The notes beneath the pieces are model-generated. The model worked only from the letters and a program-made list of their open reading frames with translations, was not told the origin of the DNA and did no database searches. From NCBI RefSeq assembly GCF_009914755.1, contig NC_060929.1: 64,000 nt of DNA. The stretch is one strand, 5' to 3'. Made by a program: the position numbers and the translations under genes. Origin of the DNA: the human T2T-CHM13v2.0 reference genome, Homo sapiens. Positions 1 to 14,277 of this stretch are shown piece by piece (position 1 is the first letter of the stretch; each line of letters begins with the position of its first letter).

Positions 1-90
1 AGTTTTCATATGGGGTCATTGTCATAACCCCGCGCAGTTTCCTTGCACTTGTCCACACTTCTGTCTATTTCATGGGATGTATTCCTGTAA

Positions 91-578
<488 letters not shown>

Positions 579-639
579 TCCCAGCTGCTTCTTACAGCTT
601 TCCTCCCCTTGCTTCCGTCACTGTAGCCACACCAGCCCC

Positions 640-1000
640 TGTCCCCTCCTTCCCCTGAAGCATGCCTGGCTTGTCCTGTCTCGGGCTGTAGCACTTGCTC
701 TTTCTGCTGCCCAGACCATTATTCCTGTGGCTTTCAGCATATACCTCCAATGCCACTTCTGCTAGAGTGGTCTCCGTCAGAACCTCCTGTTTATTTTTGC
801 CCTAGCACCTTTCACAATCCGTCCTTCATTTATGTATGTGCTTACTGGTCTGCTGCCGCTTTTTCCCACTGAATGTCAGTTTTGTAACACAGGCAACCCC
901 TTATGTTTCATTTCCCATGTCCCCAGCATCTAAGTCAATGCCTACCATTCAGTAGGTACTAGGTAAATGCAGGTGGATTCATTCATGCTGAATGAATGAA
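640..1000 (+). mobile_element. L2 3' end, degenerate
   Basis: L2-type terminus ending in tgaatgaatgaa. Confidence 0.55.
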
Positions 1001-1289
1001 GAAATCACCCTGTCGTTGAGGAATGTGTGGTGTAATAGGGCTGATGAGGTGTGTATAGTGATGGTTACCTCTTGGAGCCAAACATGGCTATCTCTTGGAG
1101 CAAAATGTGGGAAATGCTGTAAGTGTCCAAATATCACGGAGATGCAGGAGTGGGAGCAGTGACTGGCTACAGTGTCATGAAAGGCTCCATCTGAGCTGAG
1201 CCTTGGGAGACTGGCAGTGTTTTGCAGCTGGTGATGATGGAAAGAATCCGAGGGGCTGAGGAAAGCAGGTGAGCAGAGGCCCAGAGGCA

Positions 1290-1780
1290 AAACAGTGAAG
1301 CACGGTGGGGGCAGGACTGGGGACTGCTTTAAGTCCTATGTTGACTCATGGACTCAGACCCCTGAGCAGCAGGGAAGCATTGCGTGCTCCTCATCAGAGG
1401 GTAACATGGTGAGAGAGGATATGGAAGTGCTTTTTAAACTTAATTCTAGGTACACATGGCAGTGTTAAGGGTGATCGGGCTGTGCTTTGAGAAAATGTAT
1501 CATGAGGACAACTAAGTAAGAAGCACAGGAAGTTCAGGCCAGAGGATGAGCCTGAAGGAGGTTGGGGTGATGGGGCTGGAAATGAAGAGAAAGCAGAGGA
1601 GTGTTTTGAAGGTGAGGAAGAGGGAGAGTGGGACCCACGATGACACTGAGCCAGAGAGTTTTAGTTTGAATGACTGATGGGAAGATGAGATATGGAGCCC
1701 TAGAAGAGAAGCTGTTTGGAAGTAAGAACATTTATGAATTTAGTTTTGACCCATCCCTTTACTGAATTAGTGAGCCTCTT
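1290..1780 (-). mobile_element. L2 fragment, degenerate
   Basis: Purine-rich antisense L2-like phrases (agttttagtttgaatgactg, gaatttagttttgac). Confidence 0.45.
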
Positions 1781-2248
1781 CCAGATTAAACCAGCCCGTG
1801 TGCCCTCCATTGTCCTGAAGGGGCTTGGGTGACAAGAAGATAGAGGAGACAGAAGTATATACCACAGGATAGGGGCTCGGGCTCCCATGGCCTCTTCCTC
1901 CTCTGTAAGAAAAGGACTGCATTTGTGGAAAGGGGAAATGAGGCTCCAACTCCTTTCCAGGAGATGAGATGTTGTTTCCTGGAAATGTCTGTTCCCAGAC
2001 CCCCATTGGGAATGATTTGCTGCCAGCCCTGTCGTTGAGTAAATTTCTTCATTTTGTTAGGCTGAGGCGGATGGGGGCGGATGTGTGTTGACTGTGGAGT
2101 ACATGAACATGTGGGCTCAGGGTACAGATGGGAAGAGGCCCAGAACTGGGTGACACATCATATTTTCCCCACAAACATTCAAAAATGATGTGTGCTTTTC
2201 TTAGGGGAAAAAATCAAAAGGAAAATACTCAAGACGTTATAATTCTGA

Positions 2249-3094
<846 letters not shown>

Positions 3095-3143
3095 CGGCCT
3101 CCCAAAGTGCTGGGATTACAGGCATGAGCCACTGTGTCCAGCC
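3095..3143 (-). mobile_element. Isolated Alu head (first ~49 nt)
   Basis: cggcctcccaaagtgctgggattacaggcatgagccactgtgtccagcc, followed directly by a TSD copy. Confidence 0.9.
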
Positions 3144-4615
3144 TGGAAAAGTTTTTGAAACTTACTTCGCAAAAAAAATTTGGTTTGAAAATAGCCACAT
3201 GGGTAAAACTACATAATGAGAAAGCTCTCTGTCCTCTAGAGAGGGAATGGAGAATAGAAGTGCTTGGCTAGCATTCTCTGGATTGTTGTCTTTTCAAGAA
3301 ACCACCTTCTGCTACCTTAAAAACAAAAGGAGGTTTAACAGAATGCAAATGGAAGTGAGAATGGGAGACACACAGATGAGAAGACAGCAGAACTTGGTGA
3401 GTAAGTGACCACCCAAACCAAGGGAGGAATCAGTGATGACTGAGTGACAAGGTTGTGAAGGGAGCCAGAGAGGTTAAAACAGAGAGAAAAAAATAACAGG
3501 TTGGTGATGGAGGGAGGATGAGAAATTTAACTTGGGAAATATCATATGTTCCCTTATTAGCCAGAATTTCTAGAAATTTACAGAGAAACTTACCTTACAA
3601 TTGGATAGTTTTTCTTGGCAAATTGAGAGTTTAATTAGTTTAGTATTTTATTACGAGGGATCATGTTCAGTTTTACATGAGGTTTTGCAATGGAAGAATG
3701 CTATAAAATGTCAGGCCTCTGTTTATATTCAGTTCAGTAGAGAATAAACCACATTCAAGTGCCAGCATATTTATTGCAGCCAGCACTCGGTGTTTCTTTG
3801 CTTTCTAAATGCTGATTTAGTGTTTTCATTGGTGCTGCAAGTGTGAAGAGAGACTTGAGCATGAATCATAGGAAGACAGACGTAGATGCTCATTCTGCAG
3901 GCCTAGGACCCAGCGAGTGCCGCAGCTGTGCTGCTCACAGCTAGTGGTGGGATTCTGGGCGTGCCTTTCAGCCTCCTTGGATGGCCCTGTTTTCCTCGCT
4001 TGTGAAATGAGGTTAGATGGTATCAGCGGTCTTGCCAACACCCAAGTTATCTGATTCTAAGAGAAATTAGAAGATAGTCTTCTTTTTTTGCTTCTAACAA
4101 CATTTTTACACAATTTATACTTAAAACATAGAAACAAGTACTACATGATAAAAAGGCCTACCTTCCCACACTTACCTTTTGTGCAACCCATTTGGGCAGG
4201 CAACGTGAATGGCAGCTGTGGTGATGACAGACCTGAGCAGTCTCTGCCCCTGTGCTGGCCCTCAGCAGCAGCTGTTCACACTGCTTAACTCACTACTCTA
4301 CCTGGCCTTGTGAGGTCTTTTGCCTTTCTGTTAAATAGAAAGGTGTTCTTCCTATTTTCCACACAGTTTGCTTTTTGTGCTTTCTGTCTGGTGAATCATG
4401 GATGCTTTTGCGATATGATATGAAGAGAAAAAAGCCAGCAGATGTAGGCTCATATCCCAGCATTCTGCTGAACAGATATGTTAACTTTATGGAGCTGGGT
4501 TTCCACACCTGTAATCCGAGGATAATGATGCCCACCTCCCAGGGTTTTGGCGAGGAGTGAGTGGACCACAGTGAGAGCACCATGCACACTGTGGACATCT
4601 CCAGGTGCTTAGCAG

Positions 4616-4687
4616 CAGGATTTCCCCAGCCTTGTCTAGACATGGACCATGCAAGTCCATGTCCAGACAAGGTTTGGGGAAATCCTG
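4616..4687. repeat. Near-perfect 72-nt inverted repeat
   Basis: Arms 4616-4647 and 4655-4687, 7-nt loop; one mismatch, one G.U pair, one bulge. Confidence 0.9.
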
Positions 4688-7054
4688 TGCTGTGCAAGGC
4701 CTCCTTTATGTGAGAAGTGAGTCTGACCATCCGCCGTCTCTGTTAGGCCATCTGGAAAACGCTTCTGAGCATATTGTTTATCTCAGTCCCTGAGTCTCCT
4801 GGAATAATTCCTTCTCAGCCTGCCTTCCTCCCTGCTTCACCAATGACTCTTTCCTCTTTGAAGAAGAGGAGAGAGACAAAGAGGAGTAAGTTGAATAGAG
4901 GAGGGGGAAGCTATAATTAGCGCCATGGTTTAGGCACGCCATTGAAAGAGTTAGCATGGGCAGGATTCAGCATACGAGGAGGGTACAGAGAGGACTGATG
5001 GGAAGAGAGGAAGGTTGAACAGAAAGAAAATGAAATTAATCTTGGCAGCCATGGCATTAAGCACTAGGGATTAGGGAACGTCCTGGGAATGCCAAAGCAT
5101 AAAGGCCAAGGTGTTTTGTAGACATTTCCAGTTCTGTCTGAGGCTGTAGAATTAGATGAAATAAACAAATGAAAGTATCTTTTTATGCAGACACAAATGT
5201 CATCACTCTTTTGATGATTTTGTTGAATGTGCTTCTGATAAGGATGTGGGTAGCTATAAAGGAAATATTTTTCTTGGGGTATGTGATAAGCAGTTGATGA
5301 AACTAGGCCAGCGAGAGCATGTGTGTCTAGAGATTGTTCTGGGAGGGTAGGGGTTAGGCCTCATGGCCTCTCCTCTCAGCCCTGTCCTATTGTGCAGGGT
5401 CCTGCTGAATATGCTGCTTAACCTCTCTGCTCTGACACTCGCTTTGGAAACTGGGATTGCCACCCACTTTCGCAGGGTGTGGGGAGAGTGAAATGATGTA
5501 AGTGATAGTCTCTTGCTCTGAGATGCCGAGATAACGTGGAGTACACACACACGGAAGGGAAGGATCTCATTTTCTCATGGCCACCATCATGTGTTTGCAG
5601 AGAGATAGAGAAGAAGTACCAGATAAGGTGGCCGCAGACTTCCCTAATGACAGCTTATTTGGTATTACTGTGACACTCCAGGCTACCTCCATGACTGCCA
5701 ATGCCAGTTGCACTCTCAGGGGCTGGGGGTTAGGGGTTAGGGTACAGATTAGCCCTGCGCTTCTGCTGCAGAGTTGTGCCCACCAAGAAAAAGGCCAAGA
5801 GCCAACTATATTCCTGAGCACAAATTGCTTTCACGAAGCTAGGCCTGGACAGATTCTTCAGCCACTAGGCCACCAGGCAGGGCTCCTAGGGCTGGAAGTC
5901 CTGGCTGCCTCCACTCTCCTCCTTGCCTTGAAGCATGGGTGATGCATCCACATTGGGCAATCATCACAATGTTGATCCCTGAACCTACCTAGAGTGTCTT
6001 AATTCACAAGTCCTAGGGAAGCATGGAAGTGCTGTGCATAGTCATATCTACAAAGAGATATTAGCTTTTTTTTTTTTTTTTAAACATAAGGCTATTCTGT
6101 AAGGTTTGACTGCTTCACAAATACTTACTTGAGAATCTCCCTGCTCTCTAGCCTATGTCTGTGATGACTCTTCTTTGTTCCCAAATCAAGTAGGATAAGC
6201 AGGATGCTAACTGCTGGGACTGGTTTAAACAGCACACTTTGAATAGATCCGGGGATATCTTGGGCATTCTAGTCTCAAGTGAGAGAAAAGGAGTGTCTTA
6301 GGGAAATGTCTGTGCAGATGCTTTGCTTTTTGTTCTCCTGTTTTTGGAGAGCTCTCTCCAAAACCAGGAGTTTCCTGCTGGGTGTAGAGGTGCCCACTGG
6401 ATACATGAGGCTACCATGTCCTCTGCCCTTGCCTGGTGTTGGGACCTTGCTGGTGCCTCCCCGACTGGGCCTGGAGCATGTGTAAGGGCCCTGATGCCAT
6501 GAAGGCAGTTGTTTTCACATAGGACTGCAGGATTCTTCCTCCAGCCTTGTCTTCCTGCAGCCTCACTGCACTGCCCCATCCTCCCCTAGCAGAACTGGAA
6601 AGAGTGGTTCCTAGTGACCACCTAGCCATGCAGCCACCACTGAGGTCACATTTTAGGGAAATGTGAGAGGCCTGTTCCACTGTTTAGATGCAGTATTTCT
6701 GCTCTTTGTAGCTTACCCTTGGAATTGCCAGTGAGTCACAGCCTGCGAAGTCCTTGTGATTTAGGGTCCTGCACTTCCAGGAAGAGCTTTCTCTTGACAT
6801 CTTCTTTGACCCTTAGTCCCTGATGTTTTCATGGCATGAAGGGCCAGTCAGAATTTGGGGAGATAACACAAAAGAACACAAAAATATGGTTTCTAAGGTA
6901 TAAGTGTCATATCGCTATGAGTTAGTCACATGATAATGTAGGCCAAAGAAAATAAGAAATACAGAGATATGTTTGTAAATTGATGTTGATTTGGTATCTC
7001 TTTTGGCCTCCTTCCCAAATTAGTATTGGGCATTTGATTTTAATTTAGGTCAAT

Positions 7055-7265
7055 AATAATGCTCATTACTGCTTGAGAACTCTATGTGCATCAGGCAATA
7101 TGTTATTTGCTTCACGTGGTTCTCGTTAAATCTTAATAGCAATTCTGTGACATTGATGATGTTATTCTCATCTTACGGAAGTGCAAAATTATTCAGGGGT
7201 GTTAAATAACTTGCACGTATACACAACCAGAAGGTGGCATAAATAGACTCTGAACCAGACCTTGG
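7055..7265 (-). mobile_element. MIR
   Basis: ataataatgctcattactgcttgagaactctatgtg ... catcttacggaagtg ... gttaaataacttgc, an antisense MIR pattern. Confidence 0.65.
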
Positions 7266-8395
7266 AGAGTTTGTCCATCACCTTCCACTTTTTTTGCTAG
7301 GTGCTTGGTAGTTTCAAGGTAGAGTGTTATTGCTACAGAGTATAGAAATAAAATCAAGAAGCTTACCATGTAGGGAGAGTAAGATAGATAAACAACTGAA
7401 GATAATATAAGGACAGCTGTGATAGATACCAAAAAGTGTTACCAAGAAAGGTCAACCAAGGTGCAGTAGGGGCTAAAGGAAGAGATTGAGATCATACATA
7501 CCTAATAGGGATCACCAAAGAAAAGCCTTCTTAGAAGTGGTACACTTGAATCTTACTTGGGGGAGTGGATAAGGAAAGATTTGTGGGTGGCAATGACTGC
7601 CAAATGCCCACGTAAATAAACAGGCTCCTAAAGAAACTATTAGATTGTATAAATGCATGTATGTGTATGTGTACATGTGTGTATTGTGTATGCCTGGATA
7701 CACTCACACTTACATTCATTATGAAAACCTTATATACTCTTCCAAAGCAAAAGGCTGATGATTTTAAGTAGCAACATTGTCCAAACTCTATTCTTAGTTC
7801 TCCTGAGAACAGAAACACCTCTGAGCAATACGTATTATTAATAGACGTTCATGTTTATACAGGTAGGAATGAGGTGTTTTTTTTATTTTCTTTTTTTCAG
7901 GCATCTGTGAATGGGGCCTCTCCCTTTTTTTTAGTTTTTTTTTTTTTCTAAGTATCTGTTTCTATTTTCTAGCATGTTGAAACGTTAGACTTCCTGTTTC
8001 TGCTTGATTTTGAATATACTCCTGTTTGCTTGTCACAGGTAATCTTGCATTTCTATGTAGTTGTAGTTTACAGGGAGCAAGTGCAGGCAGCAACCAGTCC
8101 ATCCCTGTTGTGAATGTGGAGACCTCTCTGGACTCACAATTAAAGGCTACCTAATGCATTCCACTACAAGTGACGAAACCTAGCTCCCAGAATAACAAGC
8201 AAGACAACTTTCAAAGTGACTGTAGTTGACCAGTGCCTTCTGTGCATTTATGTGGTAAGCTTATGGTAGATTTTTCAAAAGAATAGTATAAATTATTTTG
8301 AATTATTCTTGAGAAGGACTGAGTCTCCCCGAGGGTGATGCAGGTTCCATAGTGTACACGTCAACAGGGTGGTTGCATGCATTCCTCAAGTCTGT

Positions 8396-8462
8396 ATGAC
8401 TCTACCAAGATACTGTGAAGTTGTCCTTCTGATTGCACACGGGGAGAAAATGCTGAAACTAG
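8396..8462 (+). CDS. TNFAIP8: TNFAIP8 alternative first coding exon (long isoform N-terminus MTLPRYCEVVLLIAHGEKMLKL + G of Val codon)
   Basis: ATG 8396, 22 codons plus 1 nt, then strong donor AG|GTGAGT at 8463. Peptide matches my recall of the long TNFAIP8 isoform. Phase 1, same as the 30927 exon. Second in-frame ATG at 8450. Confidence 0.88.
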
Positions 8463-9453
8463 GTGAGTTAAAACGGCCTTCAGAATATGTTTAGATATAA
8501 TGTCTTTGTTGAAATCTGGTAAAATGTTCAGATGACTAACATAGTATTGCTGTCTTCAAGGAAATAATGTTTGGTCGTGGCTTTAGAGCTACTGTGTTCA
8601 ACAAATCACTGTTTTGTTTTGTTTTGCTATGGCTCTGGGTGTGGGGAACCAGTGTTAAGCAGGGAGAGGTATGAGTATTGTGGGTGGAAAAATGACATTT
8701 AAAGTTTGCATGTAGACAGTTTCATTTGTAAACAGATAAAGATTTGAAATGTTTCAGAGATGGGACTCTGAAAAGATTGGATGGCTTTTTCACTCAGAGT
8801 TTCTCTTTTACATTTTCCATGCGTTTATTAACTGTAGGACACCTCTGGTTCCCAGTGGTCTGGTAGCAGTGGTAACACCGTGGGGCAACCCGTAAACACA
8901 AGGCTGTTTATTTCTATTCTCTTATTGGATAATTGTTTGAATATTGCTGTTGCCATTTTCTCTAACAACCAAAAAAAAAAAAAAACAGTTTACCTTACAT
9001 ATAAAGCATTTTGTACTTTTAAAATAACACCTTAGGTTTGTTTTTAGCCATACTTAATGCTCCCACAAGTAGACTTAATTTTATTTTTAAAGTAAATTGA
9101 AAAAGTTATCAAGGATTAGAATAGAGTGTTTTAAATAGCCCTTAAAGTTATATTGGTATTTATACACTTTTGTTCAAGTTGATATATAATATTTGCTTAG
9201 GTTTACTTAAAATTGTTCTGCTCAACAGATTTTTTGGAGCTTAAATTTAATACTAGGGAAAAACTAGAATTTGGAAGACATAGGTGGGTGTTGGTATAGC
9301 TAATCTTTTGGTCCATTATTGAACCCTTGGCAGCCAATAAATATTATTTCATAGAGTCCTGACTTCTCTTGTATGGAATGTGGTCACCTGCATATCATTT
9401 ATAGTAAATGTACATTCGTCTACTAGATGCCTAGAGCTGTGCATGTGATCCTT

Positions 9454-9455
<2 letters not shown>

Positions 9456-9495
<40 letters not shown>
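9456..9495. repeat. (GT)n microsatellite
   Basis: About 20 perfect GT units. Confidence 0.97.
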
Positions 9496-9498
<3 letters not shown>

Positions 9499-9500
9499 CC

Positions 9501-9616
9501 TGGGAGTCTGAGGCAGGAGAATTGCTTGAACCTGGGAGGTGGAGATTTCAGTGAGCCGAGAATCGCACCACTGCACTCCAGCCTGGTGACAGAGTGAGAC
9601 TCCGTCTCAAAAAAAA
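9501..9616 (+). mobile_element. 5'-truncated AluS right-arm fragment
   Basis: tgggagtctgaggcaggagaattgcttgaacc ... tccgtctcaaaaaaaa. Confidence 0.9.
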
Positions 9617-9991
9617 TGGTTATGTGTCTGTGACTGTATGTCATTGCATATATAGAGTTGAGATCAGAGCCAGCTTTGCTTGGGAGGATTTTGTGGAAGA
9701 AGTGAGTTTTGGGTAGAGTTCCAAAGGGAGGGTAGGTAGCGTACTTTGGCAGAAAGACGTGTACATAAAGCTTCCAAGGCTGGAGTGATTAAGTCATAAG
9801 CATTCAAGGGTAAGCATGAACCATTTGAGAACGAACTGTAAATTCGTGGTTGAAAATAGCCAGGCTAGAAGTGAAGGGGAGGCAAGGTTGTGCGTGCCAA
9901 GCTGAGAACCGTAGTGGCAGAGTGGCGCGTAGGAGCTTGTCTACTCTGTTCCTGGTAAATTTCACTCTTGGATATCAGCACATCCTGACCA

Positions 9992-10010
9992 TGTTGCCAT
10001 CTAGTGGAAC
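9992..10010 (-). promoter_or_regulatory. Putative CTCF binding site
   Basis: Minus strand reads TTCCACTAGATGGCAAC, matching the CTCF core CCAC/GYAGRKGGCR. Motif only. Confidence 0.5.
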
Positions 10011-10489
10011 TGGCTGAATTGCCTGTGGGAGCATCACCACCTTTTCCCAATTCAGGATAAACTCTAGTGTGATATCCTGGCAATAGGGAAACGTACTTCT
10101 CTTTTGCCTAGGAATTTTAAATGAACGAGAGAGAGGAGGTGAGTGCTCTCCCCAAATCACATTAATTTAAGGAATTTCTCATAGACAGTGTCTGGAGTCC
10201 ATGGCATGACTGCTGAGAATGCTGGGTGTAAATGTCCATCAGCTTAAGGTATGGAGCGAGCAGGAAGCAGTGCTTGGGAGGTTCTGCAGTGGAGTGAAAG
10301 CATACCGCATCTCGCTCTGGGCCCTTTATGTTTCACCTGGGCTGGCTTGTTTTTGTCATGTGGTTACAGAGTCCATCCCAATGGCAGAGAGAGCCCTCTG
10401 ACCATAAGCACCACACCCCACAGACCCCAGACCAAAGACATTGTAAAGGTCTGTAATCCTTCTGCCCTCCCTTCCAGCCATCCATGGAC

Positions 10490-11035
10490 ATATCTATTCA
10501 GCAAATACTTCTTGAATTATGTCCCAGGCACCTTCCAGGTACTAAGGCAGTGAACAAAGCAGATAGAAATCCCTGCTCTTGGAGAGCTGATATTCTAGGT
10601 GTGGGCAATAAACATCAACAAAATAAATAAGTAAAATATATAATAAGTGGAGAACCGAGTGCTAAGTAGAAAAAGATATTTTCAAGCTGAAGAGGGAAAT
10701 AGGGATTGTTGCAGGGGGTGAGGGGGTGGAGGTGGGTAATTGTGGTTGCAATTGTGAGTGAATCCTCACTGAGAATGTGATTGATATTAGACTCACCTGA
10801 GAAGTGTGAGGAAGCCAGATGTGGATATCCTGGGGGAAGAACTTTCCAAACAGAGGGCAAGCGGCTGCAAAGGCCCTGAGGTGAGAATGGGCTGATGTGT
10901 TCCAGAAACAGTACAGAGGCTTAAGGGAGGGGGAGAGATGAGTCAGAGAGGTGGTGAGGGGCTAGATGGTGGGACCTTGTGGACAGTTATAATGAATTTG
11001 ACTTGTACTGGGCATGAGATGAGAAGCCATTTGAT
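10490..11035 (-). mobile_element. L2a 3' region
   Basis: attcagcaaatacttcttgaattatgtcccaggcac ... ccctgctcttggagagctgatattctag ... tgcaaaggccctgaggtgagaat. Confidence 0.8.
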
Positions 11036-12999
11036 TTAGTCCAATCTTCTCATTTACAAATGCAACGTAGGCCAAAGAAATCAAGGCAGGTGTCCCTGAT
11101 CATCCAGCCTCATGGTGTGAGAGCTGGGATGAAAACCTGCCTCCTGCCTCTGGCACTCTTCCGGCCACCCTGCCTGCCCTGGGGGATACATAACCACATG
11201 CAGCTGTAGACTTCCAAGTACAGTGGTCTGAGAGGAAGAAAAGTGCTGTGGGCTCCTCCAGCACCTGTGTTTCAACCTGGTTCATCTTAGATATTCCCCT
11301 GCTGTGTCTCTGTCTACCTATAGAGGCCTCATAACAAACACAGAAAGCCTTAGACTTCTTATACTTCTTATTTCAGAGAAATACTCTGCTGAATATTGCC
11401 TTGCTTTGTTTTGCTATGGAGATAAATCCTTCAGGTTTTCCCAATGGTATTCTGCCCATTAGCTGTGAAGCACAAGAACCTACAGTCTCATAAAGCCTCC
11501 CCTATTTCTTATTTGCATTCATTTTTAAGCTATTTGGATATAATAAATATAAAATTTCTACAGTCCTAAGAAGTTTGATCACCCCATTCTCAGTATCACC
11601 CCCTCACCCTGAAAGTTGGTAAGACTGAATATTAAATGTTATTTAAAATGAATTTGAAAACAGGATTACTAGTTGAGGAGAGAATGTGAACTCGCCACCA
11701 AGTACAGCTTAACATGGACCATTTTGGCCCAATACTCATTGTCTTCTTGTTTTACTTTGAAAAAGCTCAAGCCTTTTTTTCCCCTTCTATCTCCTTTAGA
11801 TCTTATGACCATTGTCCTCTGGACACAGGCCAAATCCTCTAATATCACTTTATGATGAAAGTCTGGCCAGTGCTAAGTATAGAAGAAAATGACTTTGTGC
11901 TGTCATCGGCATTGTCTCCTGTTTAATTGTCTCCTAGCCTGTATCCAGTGGACAAAGTGACATGAAATATTTGCTTGTGGAGAGAACTCATCCTGAATTC
12001 TCTTGCCTCATTCTTTCCCTTCCTGTTATAGCAGAGCTCCCATTCTAGACTATATGAGATTTACCTCATCATCATATCTTGCACTTGCATTTGTTTGTAT
12101 AGCACTATTTCTTTTTTGCCAACCAAGGTGATTTCATGTTTATTTGTATATGTTGTCTATAAATGAGCTTGACATCCCACCAGCTTGAGCCATTAGGGTT
12201 AGCATTGATTTGCTTCCTTTGGTATCATTTCTCCTTTCAGTAAAATTGCCTGTCACTAGAACCTGAGGGCATAGACCTCTGTGGTCTTTTGGTTTCTATT
12301 TTTAGGAGAGTGGTGCTCCTCAGGGAGCTATCTGAGCTGGATTTGATGAGAAGCTAAGAATGAGTGCTTGCTGGAGGTAATTTCGTTATCAAAACTCAGG
12401 GTCATGTGCTTGGAAGTTAGCAGCCAGAAAAAAAAATAAAATAAAAAATGCCAAGGCTAATAGGACAACAAAGTACATGCAGAAATGCAGATATTAATGC
12501 GGGGCTGCCGTGAGCAGTAGGCCGTAAGAAAGCTTGACAAGAAGCATTTCTCCAGTTCCTGTTTACCATCTAAACTGGAGCATTACAGCATTTGCTGCAT
12601 GTGGGAGATGGAGAATGAGAGTGCTCAGTTAAAGTTGCCACCAAAGAAAGCCTCATTAACACCCTAACTGATTTCCCCAGCTTCCAGAAAATCTTTCTGT
12701 TGGAATTCAGCATCTCAGCTGTAAGACTGCCAAGTAGAAGTGCAGAAATGCAGTTTGCTGTCTGCGGAGCCGCAGGTGGACTTTGAGCACATTCTAAGAC
12801 AAAAATCTGGCCAGACCTTAATAGGCCAGGGCTTTCCGCTGATTTGCCCCTCTCCTGCTAACTGCTGAATAATGTTCCTCCCCTTCACCACATGTGCCCC
12901 TGAGCTCCTCACCACACCTTCAGCTCCTGGGAGAGATCCCAGGGCAGACCTGACATCCTCATTCCTGGCTCCTTATTCCAGATTGGAATCTGGAACTTT

Positions 13000-13000
<1 letters not shown>

Positions 13001-13048
<48 letters not shown>
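13001..13048. repeat. (AC)n microsatellite
   Basis: About 24 perfect AC units. Confidence 0.97.
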
Positions 13049-13050
<2 letters not shown>

Positions 13051-13539
13051 TCTCAGCACCTAGTCACACCCTACAAGTCTTGTCCTTTTTGCTCCTGTCA
13101 GGCAGGCAGCCACCCCCAGTATGACAAGGATATTCTCACATGGGGATTATCAGGAAGCCCCGTCAGGAAGGGTAGGGCAGCATCAAGCTGTGAGTCGGAG
13201 AGGAAGATCAGGGACCCAGGTCCTACCTTACAGACCCCCTACCCCATCTGTGCCTCTGTGGTGTCTTAGCATCCACCCATTTTTCCCCAGCCTTAGGACT
13301 CTGCTCTCTGCTATCAGTCACCAGACAGGCCAGACATGGCCCTGCTGGAGAGGAGGCTTTCGGGCTACCCTCTGGCCTTTGTTGGACAGCAGGCTTGAGG
13401 AAATGGGCAAAAGCATTGATCAGTTGTGCATCCTTGGGCTCCTTCACTCACTGTCCTTCAGGTGTTGGGAATGTTGTAAAGCCAGCAGCAAGATTAGAAA
13501 TTTTCATGCACTATTCCTCCTTAGCTGCCCAGGATGTTA

Positions 13540-14277
<738 letters not shown>

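Noticed and set aside
7901-8038. Possible upstream non-coding exon (ttttttcag| ... cag|gtaatc)
   Set aside because: Splice-like signals only; T-rich body; cannot be supported without transcript data.
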